Part shown: one piece after another, positions 23,201-38,200 of the stretch | Position numbering within the stretch: position 1 is the stretch's first letter | Layout of the letters: every line of letters begins with the position of its first letter | Assembly (NCBI GenBank): GCA_964016885.1 | Contig: OZ024741.1 | Location: forward strand, 278,380,001-278,444,000 | Direction of reading: 5' to 3' | Origin: Eledone cirrhosa | Lineage: Eukaryota | DNA: 64,000 bases | Program-made: the position numbers and the translations under genes | The notes under the pieces: generated by a model | What the model was told of the DNA's origin: nothing | The model's input: the letters and a program-made list of their open reading frames with translations, nothing else | Database searches by the model: none

Positions 23201-26200
23201 CTGGGGTTTTCATAGTGTTTGTGGTGTATTGATGTTTGAGTGTGGTGCCTGGGGTTTTCATAGTGTTTGTGGTGTACTGATGTTTGTGTGTAGTGCCTGG
23301 GGTTTACATAGTGTTTGTGGTGTATTGATGTTTGAGTGTGGTGCCTGGGGTTTTCATAGTGTTTGTGGTGTACTGATGTTTGAGTGTGGTGCCTGGGGTT
23401 TTCATAGTGTTTGAGGTGTATTGATGTTTGAGTGTGGTGCCTGGGGTTTTCATAGTGTTTGTGGTGTATTGATGTTTGAGTGTGGTGCCTGGGGTTTTCA
23501 TAGTGTTTGTGGTGTATTGATGTTTGAGTGTGGTGCCTGGGGTTTTCATAGTGTTTGTGGTGTATTGATGTTTGAGTGTGGTGCCTGTGGTTTTCATAGT
23601 GTTTGTGGTGTACTGATGTTTGAGTGTGGTGCCTGGGGTTTTCATAGTGTTTGTGGTGTATTGATGTTTGAGTGTGGTGCCTGTGGTTTTCATAGTGTTT
23701 GTGGTGTACTGATGTTTGTATGTAGTGCCTGGGGTTTTCATAGTGTTTGTGGTGTATTGATGTTTGAGTGTGGTGCCTGGGGTTTTCATAGTATTTGTGG
23801 TGTACTGATGTTTGAGTGTGGTGCCTGGGGTTTTCATAGTGTTTGTGGTGTACTTATGTTTGAGTGTGGTGCCTGGGGTTTTCATAGTGTTTGTGGTGTA
23901 CTGATGTTTGAGTGTGGTGCCTGGGGTTTTCATAGTGTTTGTGGTGTACTGATGTTTGAGTGTGGTGCCTGTGGTTTTCACAGTGTTTGTGGTGTATTGA
24001 TGTTTGTATGTAGTGCCTGGGGTTTTCATAGTGTTTGTGGTGTATTGATGTTTGTATGTAGTGCCTGGGGTTTTCATAGTGTTTGTGGTGTACTGATGTT
24101 TGAGTGTGGTGCCTGGGGTTTTCATAGTGTTTGTGGTGTACTGATGTTTGAGTGTGGTGCCTGGGGTTTTCATAGTGTTTGTGGTGTACTGATGTTTGAG
24201 TGTGGTGCCTGGGGTTTTCATAGTGTTTGTGGTGTACTGATGTTTGAGTGTGGTGCCTGGGGTTTTCACAGTGTTTGTGGTGTACTGATGTTTGTATGTA
24301 GTGCCTGGGGTTTTCATAGTGTTTGTGGTGTATTGATGTTTGTATGTAGTGCCTGGGGTTTTCATAGTGTTTGTGGTGTATTGATGTTTGAGTGTGGTGC
24401 TTGGGGTTTACATAGTGTTTGTGGTGTATTGATGTTTTAGTGTGGTGCCTGGGGTTTTCATAGTGTTTGTGGTGTATTGATGTTTGAGTGTGATGCCTGG
24501 GGTTTTCATAGTGTTTGTGGTGTACTGATGTTTGAGTGTGGTGCCTGGGGTTTTCACAGTGTTTGTGGTGTATTGATGTTTGAGTGTGGTGCCTGGAGTT
24601 TTCTTAGTGTTTGTGGTGTATTGGTGTTTGAGTGTGGTGCCTGGGGTTTTCATAGTGTTTGTGGTGTACTGATGTGTGAGTGTGGTGCCTGGGGTTTTCA
24701 TAGTGTTTGTGGTGTATTGATATTTGTATGTAGTGCCTGGGGTTTTCATAGTGTTTGTGGTGTACTGATATTTGTATGTAGTGCCTGGGGTTTTCATAGT
24801 GTTTGTGGTGTACTGATGTTTGTATGTAGTGCCTGGGGTTTTCATAGTGTTTGTGGTGTATTGATGTTTGAGTGTGGTGCCTGGGGTTTTCATAGTGTTT
24901 GTGGTGTACTGATGTGTGAGTGTGGTGCCTGGGGTTTTCATAGTGTTTGTGGTGTATTGATGTTTGAGTGTGGTGCCTGGGGTTTTCATAGTGTTTGTGG
25001 TGTACTGGTATTCGTATGTAGTGCCTGGGGTTTTCATAGTGTTTGTGGTGTACTGATGTTTGTATGTAGTGCCTGGGGTTTACATAGTGTTTGTGGTGTA
25101 TTGATGTTTGAGTGTGGTGCCTGGGGTTTTCATAGTGTTTGTGGTGTACTGAAGTTTGTATGTAGTGCCTGGGGTTTTCATAGTGTTTGTGGTGTACTGA
25201 TGTTTGAGTGTGGTGCCTGGGGCTTTCATAGTGTTTGTGGTGTACTGATGTTTGTATGTAATGCCTGGGGTTTTCATAGTGTTTGTGGTTTATTGATGTT
25301 TGAGTGTGGTGCCTGGGGTTTTCATAGTGTTTGTGGTGTATAGATGTTTGAGTGTGCTGCCTGGGGTTTTCATAGTGTTTGTGGTGTACTGATGTTTGTA
25401 TGTAGTGCCTGGGGCTTTCATAGTGTTTGTGGTGTATTGATGTTTGAGTGTGGTGCCTGGGGTTTTCATATTGTTTGTGGTGTACTGATATTTGTATGTA
25501 GTGCCTGGGGTTTTCATAGTGTTTGTGGTGTACTGATGTTTGTATGTAGTGCCTGGGGTTTACATAGTGTTTGTGGTGTATTGATGTTTGAGTGTGGTGC
25601 CTGGGGTTTTCATAGTGTTTGTGGTGTACTGATGTTTGTATGTAGTGCCTGAGGTTTTCATAGTGTTTGTGGTGTATTGATGTTTGAGTGTGGTGCCTGG
25701 GGCTTTCATAGTGTTTGTGGTGTACTGATGTTTTTATGTAGTGCCTGGGGTTTTCATAGTGTTTGTGGTGTATAGATGTTTGAGTGTGCTGCCTGCGGTT
25801 TTCATAGTGTTTGTGGTGTACTGATGTTTGTATGTAGTGCCTGGGGCTTTCATAGTGTTTGAGGTGTATTGATGTTTGAGTGTGGTGCCTGGGGTTTTCA
25901 TAGTGTTTGTGGTGTATTGATGTTTGTATGTAGTACCTGGGGTTTTCATAGTGTTTGTGGTGTACTGATGTATGTATGTAGTGCCTGGGGTTTTCATAGT
26001 GTTTGTGGTGTACTGATGTTTGTATGTAGTGCCTGGGGCTTTCATAGTGTTTGTAGTGTATTGATGTTTGAGTGTGGTGCCTGGGGTTTTCATAGTGTTT
26101 GTGGTGTACTGATGTTTGTATGTAGTGCCTGGGGTTTTCATAGTGTTTGTGGTGTATTGATGTTTGAGTGTGGTGCCTGGGGTTTTCATAGTGTTTGTGG

Positions 26201-29200
26201 TGTACTGATGTTTGTATGTAGTGCCTGGGGCTTTGATAGTGTTTGTGGTGTATTGATGTTTGAGTGTGGTGCCTGGGTTTTCATAGTGTTTGTGGTGTAC
26301 TGATGTTTGAGTGTGGTGCCTGGGGTTTTCACAGTGTTTGTGGTGTATTGATGTGTAAGTGTGGTGCCTGGGGTTTTCATAGTGTTTGTGGTATACTGAT
26401 GTTTGAGTGTGGTGCCTGGGGTTTCATAGTGTTTGTGGTGTACTGATGTGTGAGTGTGGTGCCTGGGGTTTTCATAGTGTTTGTGGTGTATTGATGTTTG
26501 AGTGTGGTGCCTGGGGTTTTCATAGTGTTTGTGGTGTACTGATATTTGTATGTAGTGCCTGGGGTTTTCATAGTGTTTGTGGTGTACTGATGTTTGTATG
26601 TAGTGCCTGGGGTTTACATAGTGTTTGTGGTGTATTGATGTTTGAGTGTGGTGCCTGGCGTTTTCATAGTGTTTGTGGTGTATTGATGTTTGTATGTAGT
26701 GCCTGGGGTTTTCATAGTGTTTGTGGTGTATTGATGTTTGAGTGTGGTGCCTGGGGTTTTCATAGTGTTTGTGGTGTACTGATGTGTGAGTGTGGTGCCT
26801 GGGGTTTTCATAGTGTTTGTGGTGTATTGATATTTGTATGTAGTGCCTGTGGTTTTCATAGTGTTTGTGGTGTACTGATTTCTGTATGTAGTGCCTGTGG
26901 TTTTCATAGTGTTTGTGGTGTACTGATATTTGTATGTAGTGCCTGTGGTTTTCATAGTGTTTGTGGTGTACTGATGTTTGTATGTAGTGCCTGGGGTTTT
27001 CATAGTGTTTGTGGTGTACTGATGTTCGTATGTAGTGCCAGGGGTTTTCATAGTGTTTGTGGTGTATTGATGTTTGAGTGTGGTGCCTGGGGTTTTCATA
27101 GTGTTTGTGGTGTACTGATGTGTGAGTGTGGTGCCTGGGGTTTTCATAGTGTTTGTGGTGTATTGATGTTTGAGTGTGGTGCCTGGGGTTTTCATAGTGT
27201 TTGTGGTGTACTGATATTTGTATGTAGTGCCTGGGGTTTTCATAGTGTTTGTGGTGTACTGATGTTTGTATGTAGTGCCTGGGGTTTATATAGTGTTTGT
27301 GGTGTATTGATGTTTGAGTGTGGTGCCTGGGGTTTTCATAGTGTTTGTGGTGTATTGATGTTTGAGTGTGGTGCCTGGGGTTTTCATAGTGTTTGTGGTG
27401 TACTGATGTTTGTATGTAGTGCCTGGGGTTTATATAGTGTTTGTGGTGTATTGCTGTTTGAGTGTGGTGCCTGGGGTTTTCATAGTGTTTGTGGTGTATT
27501 GATGTTTGAGTGTGGTGCCTGGGGTTTTCATAGTGTTTGTGGTGTACTGATATTTGTATGTAGTGCCTGGGGATTACATAGTGTTTGTGGTGTATTGATG
27601 TTTGAGTGTGGTGCCTGGGGTTTTCATAGTGTTTGTGGTGTACTAATGTTTGTATGTAGTGCGTGGGGTTTTCATAGTGTTTGTGGTGTATTGATGTTTG
27701 AGTGTGGTGCCTGGGGCTTTCATAGTGTTTGTGGTGTACTGATGTTTGTATGTAGTGCCTGGGGTTTTCATAGTGTTTGTGGTGTATTGATGTTTGAGTG
27801 TGGTGCCTGGGGTTTTCATAGTGTTTGTGGTGTATAGATGTTTGAGTGTGGTGCCTGGGGTTTTCATAGTGTTTGTGGTGTACTGATTTTTTTTTTAGGT
27901 AGTGCCTGGGGTTTTCATAGTGTTTGTGGTGTACTGATGTTTGTATGTAGTGCCTGGGGCTTTCATAGTGTTGTTGTGTATTGATGTTTGAGTGTGGTGC
28001 CTGGGGTTTTTATAGTGTTTGTGGTGTACTGATGATTTTATGTAGTGCCTGGGGTTTTCATAGTGTTTGTGGTGTATTGATGTTTGAGTGTGGTGCCTGG
28101 GGTTTTCATAGTGTTTGTGGTGTACTGATGTTTGAGTGTGGTGCCTGGGGTTTTCATAGTATTTGTGGTGTATTGATGTCTGAGTGTGGTGCCTGGGGTT
28201 TTCATAGTGTTTGTGGTGTATAGATGTTTGAGTGTCGTGCCTGGGGTTTTCATAGTGTTTGTGGTGTACTGATGTTTGTATGTAGTGCCTGGGGTTTTCA
28301 TAGTGTTTGTGGTGTATTGATGTTTGAGTGTGGTGCCTGGGGTTTTCATAGTGTTTGTGGTGTACTGATGTTTGTATGTAGTGCCTGGGGCTTTCATAGT
28401 GTTTGTGGTGTATTGATGTTTGAGTGTGGTGCCTGGGGTTTTCATAGTGTTTGTGGTGTACTGATGTTTGTATGTAGTGCCTGGGGCTTTGATAGTGTTT
28501 GTGGTGTATTGATGTTTGAGTTTGGTGCCTGGGGTTTTCATAGTGTTTGTGGTGTACTGATGTTTGTATGTAGTGCCTGGGGCTTTGATAGTGTTTGTGG
28601 TGTATTGATGTTTGAGTGTGGTGCCTGGGGTTTTCATAGTGTTTGTGGTGTACTGATGTTTGTATGTAGTGCCCGGGGCTTTCATAGTGTTTGTGGTGTA
28701 TTGACGTTTGAGTGTGGTGCCTGGGGTTTTCATAGTGTTTGTGGTGTATTGATGTTTGTCTGTAGTGCCTGGTGTTTTCATAGTGTTTGTGGTGTATTGA
28801 TGTTTGAGTGTGGTGCCTGGGGTTTTCATAGTGTTTGTGGTGTATTGATGTTTGTATGTAGTGCCTGGGGCTTTCATAGTGTTTGTGGTGTATTGATGTT
28901 TGAGTGTGGTGCCTGGGGTTTTCATAGTGTTTGTGGTGTATTGATGTTTGAGTGTGGTGCCTGGGGTTTTCATAGTGTTTGTGGTGTATTGATGTTTGTA
29001 TGTAGTGCCTGGGGTTTTCATAGTGTTTGTGGTGTATTGATGTTTGAGTGTGGTGCCTGTGGTTTTCACAGTGTTTGTGGTGTACTGATGTTTGTATGTA
29101 GTGCCTGGGGTTTTCATAGTGTTTGTGGTGTACTGATGTTTGTATGTAGTGCCTGGGGTTTTCATAGTGTTTGTGGTGTATTGATGTTTGTATGTAGTGC

Positions 29201-32200
29201 CTGGGGTTTTCATAGTGTTTGTGGTGTGCTGATGTTTGTATGTAGTGCCTGGGGTTTTCACAGTGTTTGTGGTGTATTGATGTTTGTATGTAGTGCCTGG
29301 GGTTTTCATAGTGTTTGTGGTGTACTGATGTTTGTATGTAGTGCCTGGGGTTTTCATAGTGTTTGTGGTGTATTGATGTTTGTATGTAGTGCCTGGGGCT
29401 TTCATAGTGTTTGTGGTGTATTGATGTTTGAGTGTGGTGCCTGGGGTTTTCATAGTGTTTGTGGTGTATTGATGTTTGAGTGTGGTGCCTGGGGTTTTCA
29501 TAGTGTTTGTGGTGTATTGATGTTTGTATGTAGTGCCTGGGGTTTTCATAGTGTTTGTGGTGTATTGATGTTTGAGTGTGGTGCCTGTGGTTTTCACAGT
29601 GTTTGTGGTGTACTGATGTTTGTATGTAGTGCCTGGGGTTTTCATAGTGTTTGTGGTGTACTGATGTTTGTATGTAGTGCCTGGGGTTTTCATAGTGTTT
29701 GTGGTGTATTGATGTTTGTATGTAGTGCCTGGGGTTTTCATAGTGTTTGTGGTGTACTGATGTTTGTATGTAGTGCCTGGGGTTTTCACAGTGTTTGTGG
29801 TGTATTGATGTTTGTATGTAGTGCCTGGGGTTTTCATAGTGTTTGTGGTGTACTGATGTTTGTATGTAGTGCCTGGGGTTTTCATAGTGTTTGTGGTGTA
29901 TTGATGTTTGTATGTAGTGCCTGGGGTTTTCATAGTGTTTGTGGTGTATTGATGTTTGAGTGTGGTGCCTGGGGTTTTCATAGTGTTTGTGGTGTATTGA
30001 TGTTTGAGTGTGGTGCCTGGGGTTTTCACACTGTTTGTGGTGTATTGATGTTTGAGTGTGGTGCCTGGAGTTTTCATAGTGTTTGTGGTGTATTGATGTT
30101 TGAGTGTGGTGCCTGGGGTTTTCATAGTGTTTGTGGTGTAGTGATGTGTAAGTGTGGTGCATGGGGTTTTCACAGTGTTTGTGGTATACTGATGTTTGAG
30201 TGTGGTGCCTGGGGTTTTCATAGTGTTTGTGGTGTATAGATGTTTGAGTGTGCTGCCTGGGGTTTTCATAGTGTTTGTGGTGTACTGATGTTTGTATGTA
30301 GTGCCTGGGGCTTTCATAGTGTTTGTGGTGTATTGATGTTTGAGTGTGGTGCCTGGGGTTTTCATAGTGTTTGTGGTGTACTGATGTTTGTATGTAGTGC
30401 CTGGGGTTTTCATAGTGTTTGTGGTGTACTGATGTTTGTATGTAGTGCCTGGGGCTTTCATAGTGTTTGTGGTGTATTGATGTTTGAGTGTGGTGCCTGG
30501 GGTTTTCACAGTGTTTGTGGTGTACTGATGTTTGTATGTAGTGCCTGGGGCTTTCATAGTGTTTGTGGTGTATTGATGTTTGAGTGTGGTGCCTGGGGTT
30601 TTCATAGTGTTTGTGGTGTATTGATGTTTGAGTGTGGTGCCTGGGGTTTTCATAGTGTTTGTGGTGTATTGATGTTTGTATGTAGTGCCTGGGGATTTCA
30701 TAGTGTTTGTGGTGTATTGATGTTTGAGTGTGGTGCCTGTGGTTTTCACAGTGTTTGTGGTGTACTGATGTTTGTATGTAGTGCCTGGGGTTTTCATAGT
30801 GTTTGTGGTGTATTGATGTTTGTATGTAGTGCCTGGGGTTTTCATAGTGTTTGTGGTGTGCTGATGTTTGTATGTAGTGCCTGGGGTTTTCACAGTGTTT
30901 GTGGTGTATTGATGTTTGTATGTAGTGCCTGGGGTTTTCATAGTGTTTGTGGTGTACTGATGTTTGTATGTAGTGCCTGGGGTTTTCATAGTGTTTGTGG
31001 TGTATTGATGTTTGTATGTAGTGCCTGGGGCTTTCATAGTGTTTGTGGTGTATTGATGTTTGAGTGTGGTGCCTGGGGTTTTCATAGTGTTTGTGGTGTA
31101 TTGATGTTTGAGTGTGGTGCCTGGGGTTTTCATAGTGTTTGTGGTGTATTGATGTTTGTATGTAGTGCCTGGGGTTTTCATAGTGTTTGTGGTGTATTGA
31201 TGTTTGAGTGTGGTGCCTGTGGTTTTCACAGTGTTTGTGGTGTACTGATGTTTGTATGTAGTGCCTGGGGTTTTCATAGTGTTTGTGGTGTACTGATGTT
31301 TGTATGTAGTGCCTGGGGTTTTCATAGTGTTTGTGGTGTATTGATGTTTGTATGTAGTGCCTGGGGTTTTCATAGTGTTTGTGGTGTACTGATGTTTGTA
31401 TGTAGTGCCTGGGGTTTTCACAGTGTTTGTGGTGTATTGATGTTTGTATGTAGTGCCTGGGGTTTTCATAGTGTTTGTGGTGTACTGATGTTTGTATGTA
31501 GTGCCTGGGGTTTTCATAGTGTTTGTGGTGTATTGATGTTTGTATGTAGTGCCTGGGGTTTTCATAGTGTTTGTGGTGTATTGATGTTTGAGTGTGGTGC
31601 CTGGGGTTTTCATAGTGTTTGTGGTGTATTGATGTTTGAGTGTGGTGCCTGGGGTTTTCACACTGTTTGTGGTGTATTGATGTTTGAGTGTGGTGCCTGG
31701 AGTTTTCATAGTGTTTGTGGTGTATTGATGTTTGAGTGTGGTGCCTGGGGTTTTCATAGTGTTTGTGGTGTAGTGATGTGTAAGTGTGGTGCATGGGGTT
31801 TTCACAGTGTTTGTGGTATACTGATGTTTGAGTGTGGTGCCTGGGGTTTTCATAGTGTTTGTGGTGTATAGATGTTTGAGTGTGCTGCCTGGGGTTTTCA
31901 TAGTGTTTGTGGTGTACTGATGTTTGTATGTAGTGCCTGGGGCTTTCATAGTGTTTGTGGTGTATTGATGTTTGAGTGTGGTGCCTGGGGTTTTCATAGT
32001 GTTTGTGGTGTACTGATGTTTGTATGTAGTGCCTGGGGTTTTCATAGTGTTTGTGGTGTACTGATGTTTGTATGTAGTGCCTGGGGCTTTCATAGTGTTT
32101 GTGGTGTATTGATGTTTGAGTGTGGTGCCTGGGGTTTTCACAGTGTTTGTGGTGTACTGATGTTTGTATGTAGTGCCTGGGGTTTTCATAGTGTTTGTGG

Positions 32201-35200
32201 TGTATTGATGTTTGAGTGTGGTGCCTGGGGTTTTCAAAGTGTTTGTGGTGTACTGATGTTTTTATGTAGTGCCTGGGGCTTTGATAGTGTTTGTGGTGTA
32301 TTGATGTTTGAGTGTGGTGCCTGGGGTTTTCATAGTGTTTGTGGTGTATTGATGTTTGTATGTAGTGCCTGGGGCTTTCATAGTGTTTGTGGTGTATTGA
32401 TGTTTGAGTGTGGTGCCTGGGGTTTTCATAGTGTTTGTGGTGTATTGATGTTTGAGTGTGGTTCCTGGGGTTTTCATAGTGTTTGTGGTGTATTGATGTT
32501 TGTATGTAGTGCCTGGGGATTTCATAGTGTTTGTGGTGTATTGATGTTTGAGTGTGGTGTTTGGGGTTTTCATAGTGTTTGTGGTGTATTGATGTTTGTA
32601 TGTAGTGCCTGGGGTTTTCATAGTGTTTGTGGTGTATTGATGTTTGAGTGTGGTGCCTGGGGTTTTCATAGTGTTTGTGGTGTATTCATGTTTGTATGTA
32701 GTGCCTGGGGTTTTCATAGTGTTTGTGGTGTATTGATGTTTGAGTGTGGTGCCTGTGGTTTTCACAGTGTTTGTGGTGTACTGATGTTTGCATGTAGTGC
32801 CTGGGGTTTTCATAGTGTTTGTGGTGTACTGATGTTTGTATGTAGTGCCTGGGGTTTTCATAGTGTTTGTGGTGTATTGATGTTTGTATGTAGTGCCTGG
32901 GGTTTTCATAGTGTTTGTGGTGTACTGATGTTTGTATGTAGTGCCTGGGGTTTTCATAGTGTTTGTGGTGTATAGATGTTTGAGTGTGGTGCCTGGGGTT
33001 TTCATAGTGTTTGTGGTGTATAGATGTTTGAGTGTGGTGCCTGGGGTTTTCATAGTGTTTGTGGTGTATTGATGTTTGTATGTAGTGCCTGGGGCTTTCA
33101 TAGTGTTTGTGGTGTATTGATGTTTGTATGTAGTGCCTGGGGCTTTCATAGTGTTTGTGGTGTAGTGATGTGTAAGTGTGGTGCCTGGGGTTTTCACACT
33201 GTTTGTGGTGTATTGATGTTTGAGTGTGGTGCCTGGGGTTTTCATAGTGTTTGTGGTGTATTGATGTTTGTATGTAGTGCCTGGGGTTTTCATAGTGTTT
33301 GTGGTGTATAGATGTTTGAGTGTGGTGCCTGGGGTTTTCATAGTGTTTGTGGTGTATAGATGTTTGAGTGTGGTGCCTGGGGTTTTCATAGTGTTTGTGG
33401 TGTACTGATGTTTGTATGTAGTGCCTGGGGTTTTCATAGTGTTTGTGGTGTACTGATGTTTGTATGTAGTGCCTGGGGTTTTCATAGTGTTTGTGGTGTA
33501 CTGATGTTTGTATGTAGTGCCTGGGGTTTTCATAGTGTTTGTGGTGTACTGATGTTTGTATGTAGTGCCTGGGGTTTTCATAGTGTTTGTGGTGTATTGA
33601 TGTTTGAGTGTGCTGCCTGGGGTTTTCATAGTGTTTGTGGTGTATAGATGTTTGAGTGTGGTGCCTGGGGTTTTCATAGTGTTTGTGGTGTATTGATGTT
33701 TGTATGTAGTGCCTGGGGCTTTCATAGTGTTTGTGGTGTATTGATGTTTGTATGTAGTGCCTGGGGCTTTCATAGTGTTTGTGGTGTAGTGATGTGTAAG
33801 TGTGGTGCCTGGGGTTTTCACACTGTTTGTGGTGTATTGATGTTTGAGTGTGGTGCCTGGGATTTTCATAGTGTTTGTGGTGTACTGATGTGTGAGTGTG
33901 GTGCCTGGGGTTTTCACAGTGTTTGTGGTATACTGATGTTTGAGTGTGGTGCCTGGGGTTTTCATAGTGTTTGTGGTGTATTGATGTTTGTATGTAGTGC
34001 CTGGGGTTTTCATAGTGTTTGTGGTGTAGTGATGTGTAAGTGTGGTGCCTGGGGTTTTCACAGTGTTTGTGGTATACTGATGTTTGAGTGTGGTGCCTGG
34101 GGTTTTCATAGTGTTTGTGGTGTACTGATGTGTGAGTGTGGTGCCTGGGGTTTTCATAGTGTTTGTGGTGTACTGATGTTTGTATGTAGTGCCTGGGGTT
34201 TTCATAGTGTTTGTGGTGTAGTGATGTGTAAGTGTGGTGCCTGGGGTTTTCACAGTGTTTGTGGTATACTGATGTTTGAGTGTGGTGCCTGGGGTTTTCA
34301 TAGTGTTTGTGGTGTATAGATGTTTGAGTGTGGTGCCTGGGGTTTTCATAGTGTTTGTGGTGTACTGATGTTTGTATGTAGTGCCTGGGGTTTTCATAGT
34401 GTTTGTGGTGTATTGATGTTTGAGTGTGGTGCCTGGGGTTTTCATAGTGTTTGTGGTGTACTGATGTTTGTATGTAGTGCCTGGGGTTTTCATAGTGTTT
34501 GTGGTGTATTGATGTTTGAGTGTGGTGCCTGGGGTTTTCATAGTGTTTGTGGTGTATTGATGTTTGTATGTAGTGCCTGGGGTTTTCATAGTGTTTGTGG
34601 TGTAGTGATGTGTAAGTGTGGTGCCTGGGGTTTTCACAGTGTTTGTGGTATACTGATGTTTGAGTGTGGTGCCTGGGGTTTTCATAGTGTTTGTGGTGTA
34701 TTGATGTTTGAGTGTGGTGCCTGGGGTTTTCATAGTGTTTGTGGTGTACTGATGTTTGTATGTAGTGCCTGGGGCTTTGACAGTGTTTGTGGTGTATTGA
34801 TGTTTGAGTGTGGTGCCTGTGGTTTTCACAGTGTTTGTGGTGTACTGATGTTTGTATGTAGTGCCTGGGGTTTTCATAGTGTTTGTGGTGTACTGATATT
34901 TGTATGTAGTGCCTGGGTCTTTCATAGTGTTTGTGGTGTATTGATGTTTGAGTGTGGTGCCTGGGGTTTTCATAGTGTTTGTGGTGTACTGATGTTTGTA
35001 TGTAGTGCCTGGGGCTTTGACAGTGTTTGTGGTGTATTGATGTTTGAGTGTGGTGCCTGGGGTTTTCATAGTGTTTGTGGTGTACTGATGTTTGAGTGTG
35101 GTGCCTGGGGTTTTCACAGTGTTTGTGGTGTATTGATGTTTGAGTGTGGTGCCTGGGGTTTTCATAGTGTTTGTGGTGTAGTGATGTGTAAGTGTGGTGC

Positions 35201-38200
35201 CTGGGGTTTTCACAGTGTTTGTGGTATACTGATGTTTGAGTGTGGTGCCTGGGGTTTTCATAGTGTTTGTGGTGTACTGATGTGTGAGTGTGGTGCCTGG
35301 GGTTTTCATAGTGTTTGTGGTGTATTGATGTTTGAGTGTGGTGCCTGGGGTTTTCATAGTGTTTGTGGTGTACTGATATTTGTATGTAGTGCCTGGGGTT
35401 TTCATAGTGTTGGTGGTGTACTGATGTTTGTATGTAGTGCCTGGGGTTTACATAGTGTTTGTGGTGTATTGATGTTTGAGTGTGGTGCCTGGGGTTTTCA
35501 TAGTGTTTGTGGTGTACTGATGTGTGAGTGTGGTGCCTGGGGTTTTCATAGTGTTTGTGGTGTATTGATATTTGTATGTAGTGCCTGGGGTTTTCATAGT
35601 GTTTGTGGTGTATTGATGTTTGAGTGTGGTGCCTGGGGTTTTCATAGTGTTTGTGGTGTATTGATGTTTGAGTGTGGTGCCTGGGGTTTTCACAGTGTTT
35701 GTGGTATACTGATGTTTGTATGTAGTGCCAGGGGTTTTCATAGTGTTTGTGGTGTATTGATGTTTGAGTGTGGTGCCTGGGGTTTTCATAGTGTTTGTGG
35801 TGTACTGATGTGTGAGTGTGGTGCCTGGGGTTTTCATAGTGTTTGTGGTGTATTGATGTTTGAGTGTGGTGCCTGGGGTTTTCATAGTGTTTGTGGTGTA
35901 CTGATATTTGTATGTAGTGCCTGGGGTTTTCATAGTGTTTGTGGTGTACTGATGTTTGTATGTAGTGCCTGGGGTTTACATAGTGTTTGTGGTGTATTGA
36001 TCTTTGAGTGTGGTGCCTGGGGTTTTCATAGTGTTTGTGGTGTATTGATGTTTGAGTGTGGTGCCTGGGGTTTTCATAGTGTTTGTGGTGTATTGATGTT
36101 TGAGTGTGGTGCCTGGGGTTTTCATAGTGTTTGTGGTGTACTGATATTTGCATGTAGTGCCTGGGGTTTTCATAGTGTTTGTGGTGTACTGATGTTTGAG
36201 TGTGGTGCCTGGGGTTTTCATAGTATTTGTGCTGTATGGATGTCTGAGTGTGGTGCCTGGGGTTTTCATAGTGTTTGTGGTGTATAGATGTTTGAGTGTG
36301 GTGCCTGGGGTTTTCATAGTGTTTGTGGTGTACTGATGTTTGTATGTAGTGCCTGGGGCTTTGATAATATTTTTGGTGTATTGATGTTTGAGTGTGGTGC
36401 CTGGGGTTTTCATAGTGTTTGTGGTGTACTGATGTTTGTATGTAGTGCCCGGGGCTTTCATAGTGTTTGTGGTGTATTGACGTTTGAGTGTGGTGCCTGG
36501 GGTTTTCATAGTGTTTGTGGTGTATTGATGTTTGAGTGTGGTGCCTGGGGTGTTCATAGTGTTTGTGGTGTATTGATGTTTGAGTGTGGTGCCTGGGGTT
36601 TTCATAGTGTTTGTGGTGTATTGATGTTTGTATGTAGTGCCTGGGGTTTTCATAGTGTTTGTGGTGTATTGATGTTTGAGTGTGGTGTTTGGGGTTTTCA
36701 TAGTGTTTGTGGTGAATTGATGTTTGAGTGTGGTGCTTGGGTTTTACATAGTGTGGTGCCTGGGGTTTTCATAGTGTTTGTGGTGTACTGATATTTGCAT
36801 GTAGTGCCTGGGGTTTTCATAGTGTTTGTGGTGTATTGATGTTTGAGTGTGGTGCCTGGGGTTTTCATAGTGTTTGTGGTGTATTGATGTTTGAGTGTGG
36901 TGCCTGGGGTTTTCATAGTGTTTGTGGTGTATTGATGTTTGAGTGTGGTGCCTGGGGTTTTCATAGTGTTTGTGGTGTATTGATGTTTGTATGTAGTGCC
37001 TGGGGTTTTCATAGTGTTTGTGGTGTACTGATGTTTGTATGTAGTGCCTGGGGTTTTCATAGTGTTTGTGGTGTACTGATGTTTGTATGTAGTGCCTGGG
37101 GTTTTCATAGTGTTTGTGGTGTACTGATGTTTGTATGTAGTGCCTGGGGTTTTCATAGTGTTTGTGGTGTATTGATGTTTGAGTGTGCTGCCTGGGGTTT
37201 TCATAGTGTTTGTGGTGTATAGATGTTTGAGTGTGGTGCCTGGGGTTTTCATAGTGTTTGTGGTGTATTGATGTTTGTATGTAGTGCCTGGGGCTTTCAT
37301 AGTGTTTGTGGTGTATTGATGTTTGTATGTAGTGCCTGGGGCTTTCATAGTGTTTGTGGTGTAGTGATGTGTAAGTGTGGTGCCTGGGGTTTTCACACTG
37401 TTTGTGGTGTATTGATGTTTGAGTGTGGTGCCTGGGATTTTCATAGTGTTTGTGGTGTACTGATGTGTGAGTGTGGTGCCTGGGGTTTTCACAGTGTTTG
37501 TGGTATACTGATGTTTGAGTGTGGTGCCTGGGGTTTTCATAGTGTTTGTGGTGTATTGATGTTTGTATGTAGTGCCTGGGGTTTTCATAGTGTTTGTGGT
37601 GTAGTGATGTGTAAGTGTGGTGCCTGGGGTTTTCACAGTGTTTGTGGTATACTGATGTTTGAGTGTGGTGCCTGGGGTTTTCATAGTGTTTGTGGTGTAC
37701 TGATGTGTGAGTGTGGTGCCTGGGGTTTTCATAGTGTTTGTGGTGTACTGATGTTTGTATGTAGTGCCTGGGGTTTTCATAGTGTTTGTGGTGTAGTGAT
37801 GTGTAAGTGTGGTGCCTGGGGTTTTCACAGTGTTTGTGGTATACTGATGTTTGAGTGTGGTGCCTGGGGTTTTCATAGTGTTTGTGGTGTATAGATGTTT
37901 GAGTGTGGTGCCTGGGGTTTTCATAGTGTTTGTGGTGTACTGATGTTTGTATGTAGTGCCTGGGGTTTTCATAGTGTTTGTGGTGTATTGATGTTTGAGT
38001 GTGGTGCCTGGGGTTTTCATAGTGTTTGTGGTGTACTGATGTTTGTATGTAGTGCCTGGGGTTTTCATAGTGTTTGTGGTGTATTGATGTTTGAGTGTGG
38101 TGCCTGGGGTTTTCATAGTGTTTGTGGTGTATTGATGTTTGTATGTAGTGCCTGGGGTTTTCATAGTGTTTGTGGTGTAGTGATGTGTAAGTGTGGTGCC